The position numbers and the translations under genes were made by a program. A model generated the notes under the pieces. That model did not search any database. It worked only from the letters and a program-made list of their open reading frames with translations, and was not told the origin of the DNA. This document shows positions 26,201 to 35,443 of a stretch of 64,000 bases of DNA, one piece after another. Each line of letters opens with the position of its first letter. The stretch's first letter is position 1. The stretch is from Podarcis liolepis (Eukaryota), in the NCBI GenBank assembly GCA_965112155.1, contig OZ218100.1; one strand, given 5' to 3'.

Positions 26201-29200
26201 AACCCAACCTTTCTCTTCTGGTATTTTATCAATAAACCGGACTTGGACCAGACAGACCTTTGAGCAGAGGACCCCTTGAAACAGAGGACTGTCCTCTGAC
26301 AGCCCTCCAGAACAGAGGAGTGCCTTCTGTAAAATATGATAGCTGGCCACCTAAAAATACAACTGTACATTCTGAACCCTGTGCAGGGCAGGAGAGGGCG
26401 GCTTTGCACTTTGTCACCAATATAACTTTTGATCCATAGCCTTTGTAACTCTGTAGTCAAGGTGCTCATCAACGTTCATGAGAGCTAGAGTTGTAACAAG
26501 CAGAGAAAAGAGAAGAAAAATCTGAATCAAATACCTTGAAATTAAAGCTGCACCTTACTTGCCTTACTAACTTCCTCTGAAGCATGTTTGGTTGTAATGC
26601 TTTTGGCAGGAAACTGTGGTGTTTTTCTGGTACAAATTGTGAGAACACATATCAAAAGAGCAAAACCACATGCTGCAGTTTGCAGGAGCAAGTCAGCACT
26701 GAGCTGTGAAAAACATCTGTGTCTCCACTTTGTTTGCACTTCACAAAACCTAAAAGGGCACACACAAAAAGAGACCACTGATATCACAACCTGCTGTCAG
26801 GTGGGTGAAAATTTGCACTGTTAATGGGCATCTACTCGGGAGGATTAGCACTTACACTAATCTCTAGGAGATCTACTTATGAAAGTCATCATATACTTAC
26901 TGAGTGCTGTTAAGTACTGAGTGTAAATAACCTGTCTTATCTGAGAATTTCCATGATTGCTGGAAGAGATGCTGCATTTTAAATAAAATGTTAGGATATC
27001 TATCCTACATCAGTTTTGCAGAGCCAGATAAGTCGCTGACCTTTAGAAGACTTGGTCAAGCCACAATCTTCAAACTAAAGTGTGACTTCACATAGTACAG
27101 TATTTTAAAAGGTATTTGCACTGCTTTTTTCTGGAAAAAAAATGTTTAGGGGTACACTCATTATCCTACTCATATTGAAATACCGCCCCTCAATGAAGCC
27201 AAACTTAGATTTACAAAATGTTTAGGGGTATGCATCCCCCTGCATCCCCGCAGAAAGGGGGAAGGCTGTGACCCGTGTGTCTGCTGGGTATTTGTACATA
27301 GTATGTCCCAGGAAGGAACACATTTAAATGGAAGAGACATGTCTGCAGTTGCCTGACCTGTGGTTGGCTGTGTGCCTCCAGACACCCGATTGGGAAAGAC
27401 AGTGGTCATAACTCTATTCTGTATCCTTGGAAGTGGCCCAAGCCACATAGCTTTCTTCTGTGATTCACAACATTCTTGCAGATCTGTGCTTTCTGTTTAT
27501 TTAAGCAATTTTCATAGGAACACAGGAATCTGCTAAATGAGGCTATTAATTTAGCTCTCCAGGTTTCAGGCCGGTGCCTTTCCTAGTCCTACTGGGAGAT
27601 GGCAGGACTAAGAATATAAGAAGAGCCCTAATGAATCTGACCAAAGGCCCACCTAGTCCAGACATCCTGTTCTCAGTGACCCACCAGACACCTATGGGAA
27701 GCCCATAAGCAGAATATGAGTGTAGCAGCAACCCCCAACAACTGGCATTCAGAGGCACCAACACCAGAGGGGGTGCACAACCTCCTTGTACACTAGTAGT
27801 GCGGAAAGAGGGCGGTAAATTGCAGTTCCACTCTGTGTGGAATTCCACCCAGCTGATATGCAGAAGGTCTCATCACTTGGCCATTAAACAGGCATAACAG
27901 ATGGAGTTTTCGTCTCCTAAGGCAGGCATGGGGAACCTTTTCAATGAGTGCATTTGACCAACAGCTGTGCCTTTTAACCATTGCACAGTAGGCCACACTC
28001 CAGTTATGCAACAGGCAGAGGTTTCTACACACACACCCTCTGTCCAGACAAGCAAGAGGCATCGCAGTTGAAAGACACATCCCAGCCAGGTAAAAGCACC
28101 TGACCAGAGTGCAGAGCAGAGCTGGGGAAGAGGAGTGATCTGGGCAGAGTCCCAGATAGGACCAGGAAAGAGACCCCTGCCTAGCTGAAACCCTGGAAGG
28201 CTGTTCCAGTCAGTGCTGACCTAGATGGACCAACGGTCTGACTCAATACAAGGCAGCTTCCTATGTAATAATGGTAACAATAATATGCACACATAAGTTT
28301 TGGAAGATATGTAGAAGCATTCAAATACACCCAGAGTATACTAAGCTAGAAAACCCAAATTCCCGTTCCAGGAAGTTAGTAAGCAATAGGCAACAGATAG
28401 ACAGAATGGATTTTAGAAAATGTGATGTCACTGAAAAGTAAACACTGATTTCAATAGGATACTATACCATGCTTGACTTCCACGAGACACATACCTTTAC
28501 CCATTACAGAGTGGGGAGCCCCAATGAACTTTCCAGGTAGTGTAAAGGACCAAAGAGACACTCTTATAGCTGAGGGACACACCACATTTACACACCCTTT
28601 CCAAAGACTGTGCTGTACATTCTGTTTCCTGCCTCCACATGATAATTTGTACAAACAGATGCTCACCGTGGATTGATTTAATAGGTGCTAATTGTACAGA
28701 TAGCACCCCAGATGCTTAGAAAGCCACCCTAGTTCCATTATGTTAATAATGGAATTGTGCAACATGACCCTTTGAATAATGGAAAACACTTGGATTCCCA
28801 TTCTGTGCAGAACAAGGCACGCCTAAGCCCACTGTAACCAACAATCTAATAGTTTAGGATTGTGGCCTAGGAATCCAAAGCACTCTAGAGGTTTAAAAAA
28901 GAAATATTTAAACCCATGCAAAAAAGTGTCAACATCACACTCTGCTCACGTTGACATTTTCCATAGTGAGGAAAGGAAACTAGGTAGGGCAGGGTTGGAC
29001 CTGGCCCACAGCACAGATGGAACACAGAATGCAATTCTATCCAGCACATTGCTGACATTTTGTTTGCGGGATCCTGTGTATAACATTGTATAAATTATCA
29101 GAGAATAGATGGTTCCTCTGGATAATGAGTGTTAAAGTAAAATAAATATAATTTTGTCCAGGAGGTAATATTACCTCTGGGACACGTCAGGACTTCATGG

Positions 29201-29613
29201 CCACCATGACAACCATACAGCTGTCCTAAGATGCCATTGGCCTGATGTGTGATGTGGCACTCTGGTTTTCTTGACTAGGCAGGAATAAATGTGATCTGAA
29301 AGTGGAGGATATTAACATCAGTCCCTTGTCATGGTCAACTCACCTCCTGTTGAATTTTAGGCTTTCAGCAGTTTTCCCCCCTTTGCAGAAGCAGGGGACC
29401 TATTAAGGTGGTCCACTCTCAGAGGCTGATGGATTCAACTGGTTTCCAGATGGATAGATATTTCAGCTAATATGACTGGCACTTCTGTTGAAACTCTGGC
29501 CAATGTGTGGAATATACAGTCCAGGCTCCCTTGGATGAAACCAATTTTCTAGATCCATTTCAACTGGGGTTCTGAGAATGTAGAATACATTGCTGCAAAT
29601 ATATATATATATT

Positions 29614-30405
29614 TGTCAGAGCTGCTTGAAGATCCTAGCTCACAGAGGATCACGCTAGCCAGCGGTCATTAAGTAAAAGTCTTTATTGAATTACAGTTTC
29701 CATTCTCACGCTGCTGCGCGCAACTCTACGCCTAGTAGCTAGGTCGGCGAAGCTCCGTCTGAGTCTCCGCCCTGTGTGCACCAACTTAATATCCTAGCCT
29801 TGCTCCACCTTTTCCTCCTGACTGTCCTCCTCTGGGTCCCTCTACCCCCCGGGGCTTCTTCCTTCCGGGATTCTTCTGACGCTGACCCAGACCCTCCTGC
29901 CTCTTTGCGCCGGGCTTTAGGACCTGGCTCTCTTTCGGGGCTGCTTACTGCGCCGCCTTCCTCTGCATTTGAACTTGGCGCGCGCGCCCAACCTTCCACT
30001 TTCCTCTCAACCGTTTCTTCGCTCCCCGATGGAGGTGTGGCCATCCCCGACTCATGTCCTCCCTCCTGTGGAGGTGTGGCCACTCCTGACTCATGTCCTC
30101 CCTCCTGTGGTGAGCTGCCAGCGCTTCCCCCCTGGCTCCCTTCCTCTTCCCTGCTTCCTGGCGGTGACGCTGGTCCCGATTTCCAGCTGCTCCCCCCTGA
30201 GTCCTCTCTGGCTCTGTCTTCCTGGGGTGCCCCCCTAGACTCCCCCCTTGCCCTCGCCACTGGTGCTCCTTTCTGTGAATCCTCTGATTCACTGGAAAGA
30301 CTAGGAGATCTCGGGTCGTCGTCGTCACTCATCTTTTCTTCTGCCTCCTCCCCTTCGCTCTCTGTTTCCTCCCTTGCCCGTGCTTCTGCTCCTAAACCCC
30401 TGACA
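29614..30405 (-). repeat. 3' LTR (792 bp)
   Basis: Identical by eye to 35444-36235 (offset 5830); AATAAA on the minus strand at 29682-29687. Confidence 0.97.
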
Positions 30406-33400
30406 TCCATCCCCCCCTCGAAGCCCCCCATTCCCCCCTCCCCTCCTTCCGGTGCTGGAGCTGGGGGCTGCTGTTGCAAAGGGACGAACGTCGGGTATCG
30501 GTCGCTTCCCGTGGCAGGCCTCCATCTGAAGTCTCCCGGGTCTTCCTCCCCGCTCTCGTCGACGACAGTCACCTCCGCTTCCATCTCTGTGCCGCCGTGC
30601 TCGAAACCAGGGTCGTCCCCGAAAACGTCCATGTCCGTCTCTCCCTCACTTCCTCCTGTCGGTGTTGCTCGTCCTGGGCCTTCCAGCCACCGTCTGCGCC
30701 ACTGCTCCTCTGGCCTATCGTCCCACCAATACGAGGGTTCTGATGCAGATCCCGAGGGTGACCCCTCCGGGGAACGGACGTCTTGTGTCGGGTCCTCGTC
30801 CGAGTCGAACCCCCGGAAAGTGCTGGCCGAAAGTGTGGGCGTGAAAAGCCAGTCGTCAAAATATTCTGCTGGCATAGGTCTATGGGGAAAGAGGGCATGA
30901 AACTCGTCTTTGAGGAGAGGTTCGTCCAAGGCGTAGCCCGGCACCCAGCTGTTCGCACTGGCCGGGGTGCCCTCCTTGGCGAGAAAGTATTCTACCCCCT
31001 CTTCCCCCCATCTGGAGTCCAAAATCTCAGTGACTTCGTTGATGCGCTCCTTCTGTGCCACTTCCGCGTGCCCTGTTCTGTCTCTGACCGGACTCGGCGC
31101 TGTTCCGGGTTCCTGGAACCTGTGCGGTGCCTTGTAGGGAGTGAGCACCGATCTGTGGAATACCGGATGCATTCTGGAACCCTCCGGAAGTGCCAGTCTG
31201 AAAGCTACCGGGTTGACCTGCTCTTCGACTTGGTAGGGCCCCAGTTGTTTATGCCCTAGTTTCTTCTTGGCCAACGACCTGGCCGGCACTGCGTGGGCTG
31301 CTAACCAAACCCAGTCTCCCACGTGGAGCTCTTCTCCAACCCTTCTGTGCTTGTCTGCTTGTACCTTGTATGCGTGCTTGGCCAGCTCCAGGTGGCGCCT
31401 CAGCTGATCGTGGACCTCCTGCAGCTCCGACGCGAACGCATCTGCTGTCTGCGGCTCCCCCTCCCCCATTCTTTCCAGTCCCGGGAAGGTTCTGGGGTGC
31501 CTCCCGTTGTTGGCGAAGAACGGCGTGACCCCCGTGGACACGTGCTTCGTGTTGTTGTAGGCGAACTCGGCAAGCGGTAGGTAATCCACCCACGTCGCAG
31601 GCTGTTGATTTGCATAACATCTCAGGTACTGCTGCATGATGGCATTGACCCGCTCCGCTTGCCCGTTGGTCTGCGGGTGTCTCGCCGACGCCAGGTTGAT
31701 CTTGACGTTCAGGAAGCCCATCAGCTTCTGCCAGAAATTCGAGATGAACTGCCGCCCCCGGTCGGACAGAATAGACCGTGGCAGACCATGAACCTTGAAC
31801 ACGTGGTCTATGAACAGTTTGGCGGTTTGCTCCGCCGTGGCCACCTTCGCACACGGAATGAAATGCGCCATCTTGGAAAACAGGTCCACCACCACCAGCA
31901 CTGCCGTCTTGCCCCTTGAGCTGGGCAGATCCGTGACAAAGTCCAGAGCCACCCTTTCCCAAGGTTCGACCGGAGTTTGCAGCGGTTCCAACAGTCCGGC
32001 CGGCGGTTTGTGCACTGGTTTGGCCCTCTGGCAGGTGTCGCACCTCGCCACGTAGTCTGCGACCTCCCCTCTCATTCCAGGCCACCAGAAATCCCTGGCT
32101 ACTAATTCCACCGTCTTCTCCTTGCCAAAGTGCCCGGCCGTGGGCGCGTCGTGCAGCTGCTGCAGCACCTTGGCTCGAAGTTCGTCTCCCGGCACGTAGA
32201 TGGCCCCTTTTCGGATGAGCAATCCATCTCGTAGCCGGAAACCGTCGGCCGCTGCCTTGCCCCTTTGCACCTCTGCCATCTTTGCTTGTGCGAAGGAGTC
32301 CTCCTGCAACGCACGTCGCACCGCCTCTAGGTCCACGGTCGCCGCGGCGCACGCCCACACTGCTGGTGCGAAGATGTGCATGGCGGCCGCTGGCGTTGCG
32401 TCCTCCAGATACTGTGGCTTACGGGAGAGAGCGTCTGCCATGATGTTGGTGTCCCCCGGGACATACTCTATTCGGAAGTCGAAGTTTGCAAAGAACTCAG
32501 CCCAACGTATCTGCCTCTGGTTCAGGAACTGTGCCGTGCGCCAGTGCTCTAGATTCTTGTGGTCCGTGCAAACCTGCACCGTGTGCTTGGCGCCGATCAG
32601 AAAGTGCCTCCACGCCTTGAACGCTGCGTGAATGGCCAGCAACTCCCTGTCCCAGATGGTGTAGTTCTGTTCGGACTTGCTGAGCTTCCTGGAGTAAAAC
32701 GCTCCCGGTCGCCACACCCCCTGTGGGTCTTTCTGCAACAGGACCGCCCCCACGGCTCTGTCCGAGGCGTCTGTCTCCACCCTCATCGGCTTGCTGGGGT
32801 TGACATGAAGCAGCTGCTCTTCCGACGCGAAGAGACGCTTGAGTGCCTGAAAGGACTGCTCCGCCTGCGCTGTCCAAACGAACTTCTTCTTCTTGGAGCT
32901 AAGCGTGTCAGTGATGGCCGCTGTCTGCATCGCGAAGCCCTTGATAAACTTGCGATAGAAGTTCGCAAAGCCGACAAACCGTTGGACCTCCTTCCGGTTG
33001 CGCGGACTCTTCCAATCCAACACCGCTCGAACCTTGGCGCTGTCCATGGCGAGCCCCTTGTCAGACAGCTTGTAGCCCAGAAAATCCACCTCCGGCACGT
33101 CAAATTGGCACTTCTCCAGCTTGGCGTAGAGCCTATGTTGCTTTAGCCTGCTCAGCACTTCTTTGACGTGTCCGTCATGCTCCTGCTGCGACTCCGAAAA
33201 GATCAGGATGTCATCTAAGAAACAGACGCACGTCTTGTAGAGAAGTCCCGCCAATACGTGATGCATAAACGCTTGAAAAACGTGGGAGCCATTTTGCAAT
33301 CCAAAAGGCATAACTCTATATTCGTAGGTCCCCAGTGGCGTGAACATGGCTGTCTTCCACTCATCTCCTTCCCGCATGCGAATGAGGTTGTACGCCCCCC

Positions 33401-34340
33401 GCAGGTCCAACTTGGTGAACACTCTGCCCTTCCGTACCTTTGCGAGGAGGTCGTCAATACGGGGCATGGGGAAGTCCGATGGCCTAGTCAGACTGTTCAA
33501 AATCCTGTAATCCACTACCAGTCTTTTCTGGGGCGTGTCCCGCTTCTTAACAAAGAATACGGGACTGCCCCCCACTGCCCTGGACTCCCGGATGAAGCCG
33601 CGTTGCAAATTATGGTCAATGAACTCTTTGAGTTCCTGCAGTTCGTCCTCTGACATGGAATACAGTTTCCCTTTAGGCAGCGCCGCCCCCGGCAGCAGGT
33701 CAATTTTGCAGTCATATGGTCTGTGAGGGGGTAGCCTGTCTGCCTCCTTCTCGCAGAAAACTTCCAAAAATTCAGCGTACTTGTGTGGAATCGCTTGCAG
33801 CGTGCCTAGCAGCAGCTGTGACTCCTCTTCCTCTCCTTCCTGCCTGGGCACGATGCAGTGTTCAGCACAAAAGGAAGAGCCGAAGGTCAGCTGCCTCTGG
33901 TACCAAGCCATCGCTGGGCTGTGCTTGTCCAGCCAACTCATGCCCAATACAATGGGCGTGTCAGATAGTCGAGTGACGTTGAAGCTGATGATTTCTCTGT
34001 GATTCCCAAGTCGCATCACCATTGGTGGCGTCTGCTTCACCACTTGCCCCCCGAGCAGCTCCCTGCCATCCACCGTGACAACCTGCAGGGGCAGTGTGGC
34101 CGGCAGCAACTGCACAGCGTGCCTGTCGACAAAGTCCTGCCCTATAAAGTCCGCATTGCTGCCTGAGTCAATGGTGATTGGCACGTCCATGGTGATTCCA
34201 TTGGGCAGTTGGAGAGACGCTGTGAGCCTCACTACTGGTTTGGGCGGGAGGGGGTTCACGGGCTGTAAAACCGCTGGGGACTGCGTCACTAACACGTCTG
34301 GCTGGGCCCCAGTGCCTCTTCCTCCAGCCAGACAGCCTCG
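29739..34340 (-). CDS. pol: Pol (protease, RT, RNase H, integrase, GPY/F, chromodomain, long acidic tail), expressed as Gag-Pol by -1 frameshift, about 1871 aa in total
   Basis: Motifs IDSGS (PR); LDLRGAYN, MPFGL, FLDDILI (RT); ETDASD (RH); H..H..CDTC, LDFVTD, SDRG, GQAERVN (IN); GPYQ..HPVFH; EILDSRW..EYF..NSW (chromodomain). The ORF-track start at 34424 is not an ATG. Confidence 0.95.
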   Translation of the reverse strand, partial: RGCLAGGRGTGAQPDVLVTQSPAVLQPVNPLPPKPVVRLTASLQLPNGITMDVPITIDSGSNADFIGQDFVDRHAVQLLPATLPLQVVTVDGRELLGGQVVKQTPPMVMRLGNHREIISFNVTRLSDTPIVLGMSWLDKHSPAMAWYQRQLTFGSSFCAEHCIVPRQEGEEEESQLLLGTLQAIPHKYAEFLEVFCEKEADRLPPHRPYDCKIDLLPGAALPKGKLYSMSEDELQELKEFIDHNLQRGFIRESRAVGGSPVFFVKKRDTPQKRLVVDYRILNSLTRPSDFPMPRIDDLLAKVRKGRVFTKLDLRGAYNLIRMREGDEWKTAMFTPLGTYEYRVMPFGLQNGSHVFQAFMHHVLAGLLYKTCVCFLDDILIFSESQQEHDGHVKEVLSRLKQHRLYAKLEKCQFDVPEVDFLGYKLSDKGLAMDSAKVRAVLDWKSPRNRKEVQRFVGFANFYRKFIKGFAMQTAAITDTLSSKKKKFVWTAQAEQSFQALKRLFASEEQLLHVNPSKPMRVETDASDRAVGAVLLQKDPQGVWRPGAFYSRKLSKSEQNYTIWDRELLAIHAAFKAWRHFLIGAKHTVQVCTDHKNLEHWRTAQFLNQRQIRWAEFFANFDFRIEYVPGDTNIMADALSRKPQYLEDATPAAAMHIFAPAVWACAAATVDLEAVRRALQEDSFAQAKMAEVQRGKAAADGFRLRDGLLIRKGAIYVPGDELRAKVLQQLHDAPTAGHFGKEKTVELVARDFWWPGMRGEVADYVARCDTCQRAKPVHKPPAGLLEPLQTPVEPWERVALDFVTDLPSSRGKTAVLVVVDLFSKMAHFIPCAKVATAEQTAKLFIDHVFKVHGLPRSILSDRGRQFISNFWQKLMGFLNVKINLASARHPQTNGQAERVNAIMQQYLRCYANQQPATWVDYLPLAEFAYNNTKHVSTGVTPFFANNGRHPRTFPGLERMGEGEPQTADAFASELQEVHDQLRRHLELAKHAYKVQADKHRRVGEELHVGDWVWLAAHAVPARSLAKKKLGHKQLGPYQVEEQVNPVAFRLALPEGSRMHPVFHRSVLTPYKAPHRFQEPGTAPSPVRDRTGHAEVAQKERINEVTEILDSRWGEEGVEYFLAKEGTPASANSWVPGYALDEPLLKDEFHALFPHRPMPAEYFDDWLFTPTLSASTFRGFDSDEDPTQDVRSPEGSPSGSASEPSYWWDDRPEEQWRRRWLEGPGRATPTGGSEGETDMDVFGDDPGFEHGGTEMEAEVTVVDESGEEDPGDFRWRPATGSDRYPTFVPLQQQPPAPAPEGGEGGMGGFEGGMDVRGLGAEARAREETESEGEEAEEKMSDDDDPRSPSLSSESEDSQKGAPVARARGESRGAPQEDRAREDSGGSSWKSGPASPPGSREEEGSQGGSAGSSPQEGGHESGVATPPQEGGHESGMATPPSGSEETVERKVEGWARAPSSNAEEGGAVSSPEREPGPKARRKEAGGSGSASEESRKEEAPGGRGTQRRTVRRKRWSKARILSWCTQGGDSDGASPT
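30406..30420 (-). other. Polypurine tract (PPT)
   Basis: Minus strand cgagggggggatgga directly precedes the TGTCA start of the 3' LTR. Confidence 0.9.
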
Positions 34341-34346
34341 TTTCCC
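34274..34346 (-). promoter_or_regulatory. -1 ribosomal frameshift signal (G GGA AAC plus H-type pseudoknot)
   Basis: Heptamer at 34346-34340 in the gag frame, 6-nt spacer, 10-bp stem 1 GUCUGGCUGG/CCAGCCAGAC, stem 2 CUGGGG/CCCCAG; pol is in the -1 frame. Confidence 0.88.
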
Positions 34347-35353
34347 TGCTGTGGTCCCCCTTGCTGTGTTGCAGCAGTCACCATTGCTGAGGCTGCAGTG
34401 AGCTTGTGGGGCCTCTGGGGACACTCTTTCGCCATATGCCCTGGCTCCTCACAGACGTAACACTTCCTGTTTCCTCTAGGAGGCTTCGCTTTCACTGCTG
34501 CTGGTGCTAGGGCTCTGGTTGCTGACTGAGCCCTTGCACCTCCCACCTCCATAGGTTCGGCTCCTCCTCCTGGCGGAGGCGTGGATTGCGCCCGCGCTGC
34601 TTCCCTGGGAAAGAAGGAGGGGCCCCCGGCTGGTTCGCGCCCTCCACGCCCTTCGTCCCTGTTCCACGGACGTCCTTCCAGCCTCACCCCCACTGCCAGT
34701 GCCCTCTGAACGACCTCCTGGGTGGTTCGGGGTCTCTCCCCCCTGGCGATCTCATCTTTAATCGAGTTATGCAGCCCCTCCCAAAAGAGGTCTCTTACAG
34801 GAGCCGAATCTCTGTCCCATTCCAGGGCACTGACCAAGGCGAAAAAGCGGGCATGGTACTGCCTGACGCTGGCCCTCCCTTGTCTCAGCCCATGCACCTC
34901 CTTCCGTGCAAGATCCACGTCAATACTTGATAAAAAACACCCATCCATTGCTTTAATAAAGGCATCTGCATTCTGTAGCGCCGGATCCTTATCTCTCCAT
35001 AAATTGCGTAGCCATGCTCTCGCATCCCCATGCAGATGGGACATGATGAACCCCACTCTCTCTTGTTCATCTCTAAAGTCTTTATGCAGCAGTTGCAGTG
35101 CGCACAGTACGTCGGCTCTAAAGTTGGGATACTGTTGCAGGTTCCCATCGAAGTGAGAGACCAGCCCGCCTGTCCGTCTCGCCAACCCAATGCCCTCCTG
35201 CCGGGGTGTCTGCTTTGTCAGCACGTCTAACCTGACCTGGAGATCCCTGCAGGCTGCGGCTGCTTCCTCCTCCCTCTTCCTGGATGCTAGAGCCTCGGCG
35301 TTCAGTTGTGCCACCGCGTTTCTGAGTTCCTCTATCTGCTGCTCAGCCGTCAT
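34289..35353 (-). CDS. gag: Gag (354 aa): coiled coil, capsid-like domain, CCHC zinc knuckle
   Basis: ATG 90 nt downstream of the 5' LTR; LHGDARAW and LRQG..SV..Y capsid motifs; CYVCEEPGHMAKEC knuckle. Confidence 0.95.
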   Translation of the reverse strand: MTAEQQIEELRNAVAQLNAEALASRKREEEAAAACRDLQVRLDVLTKQTPRQEGIGLARRTGGLVSHFDGNLQQYPNFRADVLCALQLLHKDFRDEQERVGFIMSHLHGDARAWLRNLWRDKDPALQNADAFIKAMDGCFLSSIDVDLARKEVHGLRQGRASVRQYHARFFALVSALEWDRDSAPVRDLFWEGLHNSIKDEIARGERPRTTQEVVQRALAVGVRLEGRPWNRDEGRGGREPAGGPSFFPREAARAQSTPPPGGGAEPMEVGGARAQSATRALAPAAVKAKPPRGNRKCYVCEEPGHMAKECPQRPHKLTAASAMVTAATQQGGPQQGNEAVWLEEEALGPSQTC

Positions 35354-35430
35354 GTCGTCTGCCGTTCGTGAGCTTGCTAGTAGGCACCTGTGTCTCTCCC
35401 CTCCTCGAGGCTGTAGATGCCCACAAGTGG

Positions 35431-35441
35431 AGACGGAGCTT
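35431..35441 (-). other. Primer-binding site, self-priming type
   Basis: AAGCTCCGTCT lies 2 nt after the 5' LTR, has no TGG start, and is exactly complementary to AGACGGAGCTT at 35590-35580 in the LTR. Confidence 0.88.
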
Positions 35442-35443
35442 AC

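Noticed and set aside
29776-30900. 374-aa antisense ORF from the 3' LTR with a hydrophobic, signal-peptide-like N-terminus (HBZ/ASP analogy)
   Set aside because: Starts at GTG with an in-frame stop just upstream and no early ATG. The S/P/L composition mirrors the purine-rich pol tail, and the frame shares wobble positions with pol, where stops are naturally rare. Revisit only if antisense transcripts are found.
31249-32358. 369-aa alternative-frame ORF and other ORFs overlapping pol
   Set aside because: Non-ATG, G/R/A-rich shadow ORFs of GC-rich coding sequence with no recognisable domain.
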